A stretch of 63,960 nucleotides of DNA, the filler included, from Barthelona sp. PAP020 (taxonomy: Eukaryota), in the NCBI GenBank assembly GCA_040182905.1. It is 3 parts of 3 records of this genome, joined end to end, with 100 filler letters (N's around TTAATTAATTAA, not from the genome) between each part and the next. Parts side by side here need not be neighbours in the genome. Positions count along the whole stretch, not along the records: positions 44,937 to 63,960 come from JARQWU010000214.1; 2 more parts are not named here. The stretch is one strand, 5' to 3'. Below the pieces are notes generated by a model. That model ran no database searches and was not told where the DNA came from. It worked only from the letters and a program-made list of their open reading frames with translations. Shown in pieces: positions 48,396-59,900 of the stretch. Position numbers and translations under genes: made by a program. Position 1 is the first letter of the stretch, and every line of letters begins with the position of its first letter.

Positions 48396-50057
48396 ATGGT
48401 CGGACAAAAGAAACCCTCAAAAGGAAATTATTTAACCAAAACTCAAGCAGTAAGGTATTTACAATTGAGTTTAAAGGATTTTCAAAGATTATGCATTCTT
48501 AAAGGAATATATCCTCGAGTTCCAAAAAAAGCTTTAAAAGGTAGAGACAAAACATATTATCACAAGCGTGATATCAAATGGCTTAACCAAGAACCAATAT
48601 TAGATTCATTTCGTCAACACAAAGCTTTTTTGAAGAAATTTACACGTGCACTAAATCGTAAGGATGATGCTTTGGCTGAAAGTTTAGAAAATCAAAGACC
48701 TTATTATAGTCTTACAAATGTTATTAAAGAAAGATATCCAGAATTTGATGATTGTATCAGAGAATTGGATGATGTCCTTTGTATGGTACATCTTTTTGCT
48801 AGTCTTCCCTCAAGCAAGTTCTTTTCACCTGAAAGAATAGATCATTGTCAAAAATTGGCTTTAGCTTTTCAAAAATATATCGTTGATAAGAAATTATTAA
48901 AGAAGGCATTTTTTTCAGTAAAAGGTATATATTTTCAAGCTGAAATTCGTGGAATCGATGTCACTTGGAATGTTCCATATAGATTTTCTCAAGAACTCCC
49001 TATGAATGTTGATTATCGTGTTATGTCAACATTTTTGGAACTTTATGAAGCCATTTTAGAATTGGCTCTCGTAAAATTATATGCTGATTCTGGATTATCA
49101 TATCCCCCAACTTTCACTAGCACAGAAGATGTTTATCATTTACAGAATGTTAGAGTTTCTACTGTTAAGGGAAGCTCATTAACGAAAGATGATGATGAGG
49201 AAGAAGAAGAAGAAAAAGCAGACATATTTGATTCTAAAAAATTGTTTTTATCCAGAGAAACCCCTGTTGCTGCTTTAGAATTTGCATTGTTAGCATGTGG
49301 TGCAACTGTCAACACAGAAAACGTTGGATTGAAGGAAAACGATTTGAAGATCGATATTGAGATAATGGATAGACCATCTGTGAAGAGTCAAATACCAAAT
49401 AGAGACTATATTCAGCCTCAATGGGTCTTTGACTGCATTAATGCCAAAATGTTACTTCCTTTCAAATCTTATCGTGTTGGTGACACTTTGCCATCTCATT
49501 TATCGCCTTTTGTTTCCCGTGAAGAAGAATTGTACATTCCTGATCGTGCTGCAGAAATTGAACAATTACAAAAGGATGCTGGGCTGTTGAGAGATGAAGA
49601 AGAGGTTGAAGATTTTGAAATTGAAGCAGATGTTGATGTGGAAAAGGAAGAGTTCCTTGAAAGATCAAGACGCACAATGCTTGATGATGAAGATATCTTT
49701 AATAAGAAAGAGCCTAAATCGATTGAAGCAGATGATGAAGAAAATGAAGATGAAGAAGAAATTGAAGATGCCATTTCTGAAGAAGAACCTGAAATTGAAG
49801 AGGAAGAAGAAGAAGAACCAAATACAGAAGCATTGAGAACTAAACAATATATGGAGGAGAAAATAAACAATTTCAAAAAGAGAGTGTCAAAGAGAGCTGG
49901 TAAGGATCTTGATTTAACCAAAGAAGAAAAAAATGTCAGATCAAGTTTATTGAGTACCAGAAAAAGGAAAAAATACAAAAGCTTAGATAAACAAAGAGAA
50001 AAGAAAATTGAAGATGCTGTCAAACTTTATGCTAAAAAATTGATGAAAAAACAATAA
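48396..50057 (+). CDS. PES1: Pescadillo/Nop7 (PeBoW complex, 60S biogenesis)
   Basis: YLQLSLKDFQRLCILKGIYPR, IKERYPEF, FFSVKGIYFQAEI, VDYRVMSTFLELY, BRCT motif YIQPQWVFDCIN and an acidic tail. Confidence 0.97.
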   Translation: MVGQKKPSKGNYLTKTQAVRYLQLSLKDFQRLCILKGIYPRVPKKALKGRDKTYYHKRDIKWLNQEPILDSFRQHKAFLKKFTRALNRKDDALAESLENQRPYYSLTNVIKERYPEFDDCIRELDDVLCMVHLFASLPSSKFFSPERIDHCQKLALAFQKYIVDKKLLKKAFFSVKGIYFQAEIRGIDVTWNVPYRFSQELPMNVDYRVMSTFLELYEAILELALVKLYADSGLSYPPTFTSTEDVYHLQNVRVSTVKGSSLTKDDDEEEEEEKADIFDSKKLFLSRETPVAALEFALLACGATVNTENVGLKENDLKIDIEIMDRPSVKSQIPNRDYIQPQWVFDCINAKMLLPFKSYRVGDTLPSHLSPFVSREEELYIPDRAAEIEQLQKDAGLLRDEEEVEDFEIEADVDVEKEEFLERSRRTMLDDEDIFNKKEPKSIEADDEENEDEEEIEDAISEEEPEIEEEEEEEPNTEALRTKQYMEEKINNFKKRVSKRAGKDLDLTKEEKNVRSSLLSTRKRKKYKSLDKQREKKIEDAVKLYAKKLMKKQ

Positions 50058-50169
50058 AAACTTTTTATTTGAATAAAATGCGGTGATTTTTGAACATTTG
50101 ACTTTTTTTTTTCCTCTTTTAGCATATATAGAATGGGAAAACAACAAATATTTGAAGAATTTTTTTTTT

Positions 50170-50952
50170 ATGAAAATTAACATTGAAGAAGATCATACTT
50201 TTCATTTATATGAAAAGAATTTAATTGTCTTAGAAGATGATGAAATTAAAAGGTTGTTTGAAAAATGGGATTTAAAGAATAATTTTCAATTTAAAGCATT
50301 TCAATACACAGGTCAATATGATTCAAGTGAATCAAACATATTTATTTCAAAATTATTCAATTCTAATGTATTTAAAGATAACTTTAAGAGAAATATTGGT
50401 TACAATTCTTTTGATTCCATTGATAAATGTATAAATTTTAATCATCATAAACTAGATTTATTACGATTAACAACAAATGAAACTTCTATGAGCTTCTTTA
50501 ATGTATTATTTGATGAAAATATTATTAGAGAAAGAACAAATGTGATTTATGGCAGAATACCTGAATATATTGAAGGATTGAATATAATGGATAAATTGAG
50601 AGCAGCTTTATGGTTAGAAGATTCTGAAGAATATTATGCATTTGATGAATCAAATAGACAAGAGTTTCTGTTTCAATTATTCTCTCTTTTGGTAACTGGT
50701 GGATCTGTCAATCAATTTGAAGATGATTGTTCGATTTATTTTGATATTTTAAAAAAAATGTTCAAGGATTTACTTGTTGTTCAACAAAATTCAAAAGGTG
50801 AGCCTAAAGTTATCAGTACAGTATTTAAAGTGTTAAATTCTGATCCTTCTTTCTTTGCAAATGATTCTCCTTACAATAATTTCTTTATAATTATTGAACC
50901 CACTTTAAAAAGAGTGTATTGTTTATTTAATGGATTTATTCCCATATTGTAA
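50170..50952 (+). CDS. CFAP300: CFAP300 (C11orf70) dynein-arm assembly factor
   Basis: LFEKWDL, TSMSFFNVL, DKLRAALWLEDSEEY, RQEFLFQLFSLLVTGGSVNQFED and FKDLLVV. First in-frame ATG at 50170. Confidence 0.85.
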   Translation: MKINIEEDHTFHLYEKNLIVLEDDEIKRLFEKWDLKNNFQFKAFQYTGQYDSSESNIFISKLFNSNVFKDNFKRNIGYNSFDSIDKCINFNHHKLDLLRLTTNETSMSFFNVLFDENIIRERTNVIYGRIPEYIEGLNIMDKLRAALWLEDSEEYYAFDESNRQEFLFQLFSLLVTGGSVNQFEDDCSIYFDILKKMFKDLLVVQQNSKGEPKVISTVFKVLNSDPSFFANDSPYNNFFIIIEPTLKRVYCLFNGFIPIL

Positions 50953-51361
50953 AGTGTTTTTTTGATATTTTCTTTTCCTTTGATCAAATTGAATAAAATT
51001 ACTTATGTTAGGTCATTATTCACTATATTTATGAATGAATAACAAAGAATGGTATGTATTGTGTAAAAAATTTTGAAGAACCAATTGATTCTTGAGACAA
51101 AAAAAGTTTGATAAGCAAAAAATGCAAAAGCAAGGAGTAAGTGATTGAAAAATTATACCAAAATACCTTCACCACCATGAAAATAGGTAAAATATCAATC
51201 ACAATTTCCTCCCATACGTTTTGCCTGAAATTCATTCATTGAAATTTTATCTTATGTTAACTTTCTCCAAACAAAATTAAGCCCATTTCACAACTAATTG
51301 TGTCACAATTGAACAAAAAATATACAAATATACAAATATTTATTTTACTCAAAATAAACAA

Positions 51362-53530
51362 CTACCGACTAAATCCTTTAAAATTCGACATATCAATAAA
51401 TTCGATTTCTCCAGAAAGGGATTGATCAACACTCAACATTTTATTAGAAGAGCCAATTGAAAGCAAATCATCAATGATGTCTTTGTGCTGAGAAGGATTA
51501 ATAATTTTTGTGGGAAAATTGATACTTTCATTCTTTATCTTTGAAGAAGGTTCAATTGATTTATTGATCTGTGAGCTATTAAACGAAGAAACATTTTGAT
51601 TGTTATAACAGTTGTCAAAAGATAAGTTGTTATCAGAGCGTTGTTCAAATGTCATACGTTGCATGTTCAATTGTTTCGCAGGTAATATAACTTGCCTAGT
51701 TTCTTGTGGCAATGCATTTAACAGGAAACTAAACTCGCTGGATTGCTTATTTGCAAGAAATTCTAATCTCTGTTGCTGCTCAAATAATATCTTTTGACGT
51801 TCTTCTTTTCGAATTTCCTCCTCTCTTCTTTCTTTTTCATGAGTTTCAACAGTCTTCTTCAAAGTACTCAATTCATTCCTCAAAACATCGTTATCTCTCT
51901 CTAAACGTTCAAACAACTCTTGCATCTCCTTATTTTTCGCATCATCAGTGTCAGTCTTTAATTTTCCATTCATTAAAGAAGCAGGAATGATATTCATCGG
52001 TTTTCCAGTGGATTCTGTCGAATTTTCTTGTAAAATGGATACATTATCTTTTGTAACAGAAACAGGTTTTGGTATTGAGGTAGTTGAAGAAGATTGTTGC
52101 ATTTGTGGCCTTGATTTAGCCCCTTTCACCATCACATTCCCATAACTCTCTTCTTCTTCTTCTTCATTATGTTGCATGTTTTGAAAATCTACGTTAACTT
52201 TTTTCTTTTTCTTTTTATTGGCACCTCCTGTACCCAATGAATCAAGCCCAAATTCCCTCTCATATTTCAAATCTGCCTTATGTTTCTTAGCTAATTCTTC
52301 TTCTTCTCGACGAATTCTTTGCTCTTCCTCATATTCTTCCTGTTCAAGTCGACGCTTTTCCTCTGCTTTTCTTCGTTTACGTTCAGCAATCTGTTGCTCG
52401 ATTTCATTTTTAAAATCGTCTTGCATATTCTTTTGGAATTGATCTCCCCTTTCAGATATACCTTGTATGGCGTTTCCTCCATTCATTCTTCGATAATTTC
52501 TTTTATTTACGCTGCTTTTTGCATTATTTGAATTGATATGTTCATCTTGATTCAAAACAGACTGTCCAGCTTCAGCAGCCTTAGCTAACTCTTCAACTTC
52601 TCTTTCTCGTTCAGTCATAAAACGTTCAGGTGATTTATCAACATTATGGTTCCCACCAACACGGTTATTACCACCACGAATAGGTGCACCAGCACCAGGT
52701 TTTCCAAAAGGATCATACGCATCAATTTCTTGATCTTTTTCCATCTCCCACTGTTGCAAACGTCTCTTTTCTGCAGCTTTTCTTTCTTCTTTCATTCTAA
52801 TTTGAGCAGCTAGATCATCTGCAAAATCCTTTGTGTTACGATGAGCTCTTGGACCAAATTGCTTTCCAGGGCTTGTAAAATGTGATTTACTGCTGGTTGA
52901 ATCAGATTTTAATGTCCACATATCTTCTGCATCGTTGTCAGTAAACTTACGCTGATTTCTATTTTGCAATTGCATGTCCAACATCTGTCTTTGTTTATTA
53001 ATGTTAGAACGCTTCAATTCTGAATCTCCAAAAATAACACCATTTTGAGGAGAATTTGCAAACGCCATCGCCAATGCATCTTTGTCATCCATAGGCTTGG
53101 ATGAAGGGGAATCGTCAAAATATTTTCCAAATTTCTTATCTAACTCTCGGTTTCTTTCAACAGAAGGAGGTCTTTCTTGAAATAATCTGCTTTGATATTG
53201 ATCTTTCGAAGAAACTTGTGTATTCACTTGATTATTTGGAGAATTATTTTGAACAAAACGTTTTGAATTTTTTGAATGGTTATTTCCACTTTGTATTGGT
53301 ACTTTTGAAATCGGTTGAACAAGTGGTGGTTTGGAAACCTTCGAATTTTTATTGTTTTGTTGATGTGCAATTCGTTTCTTTTCCCATATTTGATCTCTTT
53401 GACTATTCGTTTTTGCTTTCATTATTGAACTTAATGGAAGTATATTGGATATGGCTGATAAATTTGCTACATTAAGTTTTGTATCACTTTTTTTTGCATT
53501 TGTGGCTGATTGATTGGAATTCGTCGACAT
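51362..53530 (-). CDS. CSPP1/CCDC66-like centrosomal or ciliary coiled-coil protein
   Basis: DLAAQIRMKEERKAAEK...YDPFGKPGAGAPIR resembles the CSPP1 PWG-x-G-x-GAP motif. A repeated QQIAERKRRKAEEK coil follows. Confidence 0.6.
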   Translation of the reverse strand: MSTNSNQSATNAKKSDTKLNVANLSAISNILPLSSIMKAKTNSQRDQIWEKKRIAHQQNNKNSKVSKPPLVQPISKVPIQSGNNHSKNSKRFVQNNSPNNQVNTQVSSKDQYQSRLFQERPPSVERNRELDKKFGKYFDDSPSSKPMDDKDALAMAFANSPQNGVIFGDSELKRSNINKQRQMLDMQLQNRNQRKFTDNDAEDMWTLKSDSTSSKSHFTSPGKQFGPRAHRNTKDFADDLAAQIRMKEERKAAEKRRLQQWEMEKDQEIDAYDPFGKPGAGAPIRGGNNRVGGNHNVDKSPERFMTEREREVEELAKAAEAGQSVLNQDEHINSNNAKSSVNKRNYRRMNGGNAIQGISERGDQFQKNMQDDFKNEIEQQIAERKRRKAEEKRRLEQEEYEEEQRIRREEEELAKKHKADLKYEREFGLDSLGTGGANKKKKKKVNVDFQNMQHNEEEEEESYGNVMVKGAKSRPQMQQSSSTTSIPKPVSVTKDNVSILQENSTESTGKPMNIIPASLMNGKLKTDTDDAKNKEMQELFERLERDNDVLRNELSTLKKTVETHEKERREEEIRKEERQKILFEQQQRLEFLANKQSSEFSFLLNALPQETRQVILPAKQLNMQRMTFEQRSDNNLSFDNCYNNQNVSSFNSSQINKSIEPSSKIKNESINFPTKIINPSQHKDIIDDLLSIGSSNKMLSVDQSLSGEIEFIDMSNFKGFSR

Positions 53531-53698
53531 TGTTTTTCAAATTAACAAGTGTTAAAAAAAAAAAAATCAAAGAACCGTTTTTTTATAATTCCTGTTACTC
53601 AACTGACTGATCAATTGAAAGTTCAATGTGATTAAAAGCTTATTAATAATAAAAAATTACAATAAATTTTATTTTACAAATTGAAACCCTTAAACATT

Positions 53699-56600
53699 TC
53701 AATAAAAGTTAAATGTAGCATTGACAGATTCAGATTCATTATTATGATCATTGTCTTCTTGATCAAACTCAAAATCTTCATTTTGATCGTTTTTTTGGAT
53801 ATCTTCTTCAAAGAAATCATTCATCTCAGGTTGGTTTTTGTTTATTTTATCCTTAATTTGGTTTTTCTTGTTATTTTCCTTTTGTTCTGCTTCATTTATT
53901 GAAAAAAAATCAGTTTCAACAGTATCTTCATTTCCTTTTTGATTTGCAGAAGAAGATGGTGTTTCAAAAAACATATCCTCTTCAAACGCAGAATCATCTT
54001 TGTTATCCATTTTGGATTGTGTATTCACTTCTGAAGTGTTGAAAAACATATCATTATCAACAGATTCTGTGATTCTTTCGGTTTCAATGTTTTCATCAAA
54101 GAAGGAATCTCCTGTTCCTGTTCCTGTTCTTGTTCCTGTATTAGCATTTGATAATGGTTTTGTTATGGCTGGTTCATTTGCATTAGTTTCAACCCCAAAG
54201 AAATCAAAATTTCCATCAATATTTTCACTAATTGACTCTTTGGTTAATATTGATTCATTTTCAACCAATTTTGTCTCTACAATATCAGATGCAAAGAAAT
54301 TATCCTCAACTTCCTCTGTATTATTTTTATTTTCAACCTCTAACGTTACACTCTTATGTTCAGCAATGGTTAAATCTACTTCCACATTTGTCACTGTATT
54401 CGAATTCTCTGTACCAAAGAAATCAATGCCGTTTTCATCAATTTCATCATTTTTGGTACGTTCAACATGGTCAAAGTTTTCATCTTCCTTTAACTTCGCT
54501 TGTTCTTCTTCTTTAAAAAATGAAAAAGCGTCTCCATCATTTGATGCAGTATTATCCGCTGAAGAACTGGTCATAGGAGTCGTTGAAGCAGTATTGAATT
54601 CGTCAAAGAAAGGATCAAGCTTATTTGGACTCTCAAAACTACTCTCTGTCATCTGAGTAGCATCTTCAATATCCATACTTTCTGTTTGTGCCTGTGTGAT
54701 ACTGTTATCGTTTAACGCTTCAAAAGGATCATCAAACTCTTCTCTATCAACAGGTATTCCCTGCTCAAGATCTTTCTTACCAGACTTTGACATTTTTCCA
54801 TTAACATCATCTTTTTCACGAGGCAAATCGTTATTGCTTTGCAAGTTATACAATATTCCATTGTTAGCTCCACGAACACAATGAATCTCATCAGGTTGAT
54901 CTTGATTATCTTCATTCGTACTGCTAATACCACTACTGATACCACTATTCAAACTATCAGTCAATTCAGTGATGGAATTTAGCTCGGTATCACATTGGAC
55001 AACTAAACTACCCAGATCATTATCAAATTCGGCTTCCGTTTCGGTGGTAACTTGTGAAATATTAATATCACCTGGTGTTTTCCACGAAAGTTCATTAATT
55101 ATGTTGATAGTGGCATTGTTTTTGGGTTTAACATGTGTTTGTACATCTTCTTCTTCTTCATCATCATCATCAACTTTCATTCCCTTGGGACTTTGAGCAG
55201 CCGCTGCAGCATAAAACTCAGATAAATCAACACCAACTCCTGGATTTTTAATCAATAAATTTTGGGAATTCAGAGACTCGATCCTCTTCAACTTCTCAAC
55301 AGCTCCAGTCAAACGAAGAGTTTGTTGATTGTATTGGTCAACCAACGTGATATGCTTTGATTCAACATCACCAGAAATATTGATCATGTCTTGAACGATT
55401 TCTTTCTGTTTTTTGATTTTTGTCGATAAAGAATCTTGCAAATAACTGAAAGCTCCTTTTAATTCATTCTGATTCTTTTTCAAATGTTCCAAATTCTTCT
55501 TCTGTTCAGTTAAACTGGAAGTGGCAGTGTTTTCAAACTCCTTGATATCTTCAAGTATGTTATCTTGACCAATTAAGTTCGAGATCAACGTTTCATGACC
55601 AATAATCAATTGATTAAATGCTTCTAAATCGTTGTAATGTTGTTGTTTAATCATCTTAAAACTCTCATCATGATTAACAACCTGAATTTCCATATCCTTC
55701 TTCTTATGAATCATTTCAGTCAATTGTTCTCTCTGATTAATAATACTCTGTTCAAGTTCATTCAAAAAGCGTTGATAAACAACCAATTGCCCTTCAATTT
55801 GACCATTTTCAGTTTTCTTTTCATTGACTTCCAACATCAACTCCAAACGTTTCTCATTCATCTTAAAGTATTCCTGTTTTGCGTTCTGTAATTCAACTGA
55901 CAAATTTTCATTCTTATTTTGTTCTTCAATCAATGAATTTTCAAGGCCTTGTACCTTGTAAGATAAAGTTGTTGAGTATTGATTGTATTCATCTATCTCC
56001 GTCGTTAATTTACTGTTTTGATTTCTTAACATCGTTAATTGTTCTTGTAAATGCTTAATCTCTTTACTTTGACGAATAATTCGAAGTGATTCTCCGGTAC
56101 TATCATGAACCATCACGTTTTGCTCATAAGGAGAATTCAAACTGATTTTGTTGTATTCAAGACCTTTCACACTGTCTAATGAAGAGCTGGAAGAAGTTCG
56201 TATGTGATTCTGTACATTTCCACCAACAATAGGAGTATCTTTATGCTTATCATCTAATTCAGTAGTGTGATCATTGAAATGAATTTGATTATCCACTTTA
56301 GTAACCGCTTTTTTAACATCATTCTTAGGTTCTTTGTTCACAACGTTCATATTAATTCCTGTTGTATCAATCGTAGGAGCTGGTTTAGAAGTAAATCCAG
56401 CAAATAATGAATGAGAAGCTTTTGATGGTTTTGATGAATTACTCTGTTTTTTAAATTTACTGACAATCCAATTATTATCATCAGAAAACCATTGTTCATC
56501 GTAAATATTTTCCCAAGAATTTAAAAATTCATTATCTTCAACAATTAAGGAAAATAAATGATGAATCTTTTTAAATTGTAATTCATTCAAAGGAGGAAAC

Positions 56601-56860
56601 GTATTTTCTGGTGGATGTACAACACGTAAATAAATAAATTTAATTGTTTTTAAAGCTTGAACCTGTAAAGGAAAATTTTGTTTAAAAAAACCAATTAATA
56701 CTGGGACTCCAATAAAACCAGCTTCAGAACCAGAAATACCTTGAAAAGATTGTGTATATTGTTCCAATTGAGAATCATTTGGTAAGTGTGTATTATTATT
56801 AGTACTATCATCAACTATTATTCTATGCGGGGTGTTAAACAAATCATCTAAATCGTCCAT
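53699..56860 (-). CDS. Eps15/Ede1-like endocytic scaffold (degenerate EH-like domain, coiled coil, acidic tail with DPF/DxFF motifs)
   Basis: N-terminal YTQSFQGIS...GFI...FF...LNELQFKKIHHL resembles an EH domain. Central coiled coil. Tail contains DDPF, LDPFF, IDFF, DNFF, FDFF, DSFF and DMFF. First in-frame ATG at 56860. Confidence 0.5.
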   Translation of the reverse strand: MDDLDDLFNTPHRIIVDDSTNNNTHLPNDSQLEQYTQSFQGISGSEAGFIGVPVLIGFFKQNFPLQVQALKTIKFIYLRVVHPPENTFPPLNELQFKKIHHLFSLIVEDNEFLNSWENIYDEQWFSDDNNWIVSKFKKQSNSSKPSKASHSLFAGFTSKPAPTIDTTGINMNVVNKEPKNDVKKAVTKVDNQIHFNDHTTELDDKHKDTPIVGGNVQNHIRTSSSSSLDSVKGLEYNKISLNSPYEQNVMVHDSTGESLRIIRQSKEIKHLQEQLTMLRNQNSKLTTEIDEYNQYSTTLSYKVQGLENSLIEEQNKNENLSVELQNAKQEYFKMNEKRLELMLEVNEKKTENGQIEGQLVVYQRFLNELEQSIINQREQLTEMIHKKKDMEIQVVNHDESFKMIKQQHYNDLEAFNQLIIGHETLISNLIGQDNILEDIKEFENTATSSLTEQKKNLEHLKKNQNELKGAFSYLQDSLSTKIKKQKEIVQDMINISGDVESKHITLVDQYNQQTLRLTGAVEKLKRIESLNSQNLLIKNPGVGVDLSEFYAAAAAQSPKGMKVDDDDEEEEDVQTHVKPKNNATINIINELSWKTPGDINISQVTTETEAEFDNDLGSLVVQCDTELNSITELTDSLNSGISSGISSTNEDNQDQPDEIHCVRGANNGILYNLQSNNDLPREKDDVNGKMSKSGKKDLEQGIPVDREEFDDPFEALNDNSITQAQTESMDIEDATQMTESSFESPNKLDPFFDEFNTASTTPMTSSSADNTASNDGDAFSFFKEEEQAKLKEDENFDHVERTKNDEIDENGIDFFGTENSNTVTNVEVDLTIAEHKSVTLEVENKNNTEEVEDNFFASDIVETKLVENESILTKESISENIDGNFDFFGVETNANEPAITKPLSNANTGTRTGTGTGDSFFDENIETERITESVDNDMFFNTSEVNTQSKMDNKDDSAFEEDMFFETPSSSANQKGNEDTVETDFFSINEAEQKENNKKNQIKDKINKNQPEMNDFFEEDIQKNDQNEDFEFDQEDNDHNNESESVNATFNFY

Positions 56861-56988
56861 TTTGTTCAAAGAATTAATAATATCCTTGATTCGAAGCGAA
56901 AAAAAATAAATAAGGAAATGAGAAACAGAAAATACCACAAATTCTTTAACCAAAATTTATGTGGTTTTATTCAATTGATTAAGTCTTC
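56861..56988. promoter_or_regulatory. 128-bp divergent intergenic region, putative bidirectional promoter
   Basis: Head-to-head ATGs at 56860 (-) and 56989 (+). Confidence 0.45.
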
Positions 56989-59900
56989 ATGTCAAAATTA
57001 GTAGATTAAAATTATATTTATTCAACTAACCTATTAGAACAACAGAGAATATATTTTAGAAAATGTTGATCAATCTCGAGCCGAATTATATTTATCTGAA
57101 CGTAAATTAGACCTTTTAAAAGGTGATGTAAAAGTGTTACGAGAAGAAAAACAGGTGTATTCAAAATTTTTGTTATTTTTAGAAGATGTTTCAAAAGTTG
57201 TATTAACGAATAGAGATAGCGTAGTATGGCCCACTGCGATGAAATTAGATCGGCATTTAAGTCGAATAAAGAATTCTATTGATAATGATATCAAAGAATA
57301 TGATCTATTACGAAAAGAGGCCAAAACACAGTTTTCATCTTACAAAATGGTATGTGTAGATGTGATGATGAAAAAGAAGCAATTAAAGACTATATTTGAA
57401 ATGGTACCAGTTACTTATAGATATCAAGTAGAAGAAGAGTATAATCAAGTGGAAATACGTGAAACAACATCAAATGCAGCGAATCATGTGTCTAATTTGA
57501 AAACACGATTGAGTTCCATCGAGTCAGAATTTCGGAATACTGAGAAACGTTTCAAACAGGTAGATGCACAAGTGAGTGATTTGCAGAAGAAAGTAAAGCC
57601 CGTTGCTCGATCCCTTTTACATAAAAGCAAGGCTAAATTGTTTGGTACACATTTCGATACATTTAAGGAGATGATGTTAGAGATGCCCTCACTTATACGT
57701 CAAATGTCGGCAGTTATGCGACTTAAGGAGTCATTACTGCACTATAAAGAGTATTTTCGTTTGATGCAGACGTTAAAGGATAAGGAGGATAAGAAGCTTA
57801 CATGGTTGTTAAATAAGAGTTGGTATGTAATTAAAATGGATCGAAAGATAAATGTTGACGAGATTGTTGAGTTATGCGATGCTGTAATATTAGAATTTGA
57901 GAAGTTTAGAGATCCTAAGATTGTTGAAGCAGAATTACAGGATATTGAAGCGAAGTTAGTTGGAGACGATTATGAAAAGTTTATTGCACCGGCAGATCGT
58001 ATCCAAACGAGCTCATTACCTAGTTTGGAATTGACAATGGAAGAAGAGTCAATGCAAAGTGAGCCTCTGCTTGAAAATGATAATCTGGGTAAGACTCAAT
58101 TATCGCTACAGATTATTAACCTACAACGTCAGTTAGATGCTGCCCAAGATATGGTAGAAAAAGCCAGAAAACGTGAAGAAGATTTAAAGATTGAGATTGA
58201 AAAGCAGGTTCAAAGTAAGTTAAATTCTGTGTACCGTCAAATGGAACAACAATTTCAAGAGGAATTTATTGATAAACAAAAAGAATATGAACAAGAGTTG
58301 TTAGATCGTAGAAAAGAGTTAGAATTAGAGTTAGAAAAGGCTAAAGATCGGCAAATGAAAGATTTAGAAAGAGAAATGATGTATGGGCAGGAGAATCTTC
58401 AACAAAAAAAAGAGATGCTGGAGGATGAACTTGAAAAGGAAAGAACGGATTTCTATCAAAAGTTGACTCAAGAAGAACGAGAAAGTAAGAATAACATGAT
58501 TGAATGGGAAAATATTCAGAAAGCAAAAGTTGAAAATGAACTAAAAAGATTAAAAGAAGAAGAACTGGAAAGGTTACACAACTTAGCTCAAGAAAAAGAA
58601 CGAGAGATAATGTATAAAGTTCAAACTGCAGAAGAAAATTTAAGAATGGAAAAAGATTCACTTCAGAACAGTTTAGATATTGAAAGAGCTCGAATTGAAA
58701 AGGAAATCATTGCTATTAGAAAAAGTGAAGAAGCTGCCATGCAAAAAGAATTTGAAGAACAACGTAGAAATCAAGAACAAAAGTTAAAAGAATTATACCA
58801 GAAACAAAGAGCTGATTTGGAAGCTAAACGTGAAGAGGCACTTATTAATTTAGATGAAGAATTACAAGTGATGAGAGAACAAGCGAATGTTGAACGTCAA
58901 TCCTTGAATAAAGAACAAGCAAAAATGGCTAATATGGCTGAAGAAGAAGCTAAGAAAGAAAAAGCCAGATTAAAGAAAGAGTTAGAAGAGATGAGAAATA
59001 AAGAAACTGAAAGATTAAGACAATTAACTCAAGAAAAGGAAAAAGAATTGAATTCGATGGTTTATCAAGCAAAAGAACAATTGGAAAATGATAAAGTCAA
59101 TTATATGGCTAATTTAGAGAAAATGAAAGATGAAGAACGTGAAGAATGGCAAAAGAAATATGAAGATGAATATGAAGCTAAAATGGAAGATTTACAAGAT
59201 CAATTGAACAAAGAGAAACAAAGAATGAAAGATGAAATTAATAAAGAAAGAATGGAAGCTGAAAATAGGTTAGAACTAAGTAAAAATCATTATGAGAATG
59301 ATTTGAAGACAAAACAACAATCTGTTGAAGCTTTATTGAGAGAAGAGTTTCAAAAACGTACCGATGCTTTGAATAATAAGCTAAAAGAACGTGAGGATGA
59401 GATGCAACAAAAATATTTGGAGCAAGAAGAGGAATTGAAGAAAAGATATTCCAAGTTAGAAGAAGCTGAAAAGCGTGTTGCGGAGAAGGATCAGTTGGTT
59501 GATGAATATGCTGATGAAATTGAAGAAATGAAGGAACAGTTACAAAGGGAATTGGATGCTAAACGAAAGAAAGTTGAAGATGAGTTAGCAAAGAAGATTG
59601 CCGATGCTGAAGAAGCGGAAAAGGAATTCATTGAAAGAGGTAAACGAAAAATTGAAGAAGAAATGCAAAGAGAAAAAGAAAAACATGATCAACAGAGAAA
59701 AGAACAAGAAAAAATTCTTGAACAGGATAAACAAGAATTAAAAGATCGCGAAAAGAATTTAAAAAGTGTTGAAGCTGAATTGTTAGAACGTGGTGGAGTT
59801 TTGGAAAATCTTGAAGAACAAAGAGAATTTTTAGAAAAGGAAAGAAAGGCTCTTGAAGAAGAATTAAAGTTAAAACTGGCTGAATTAGAAGCAAAAGAGA

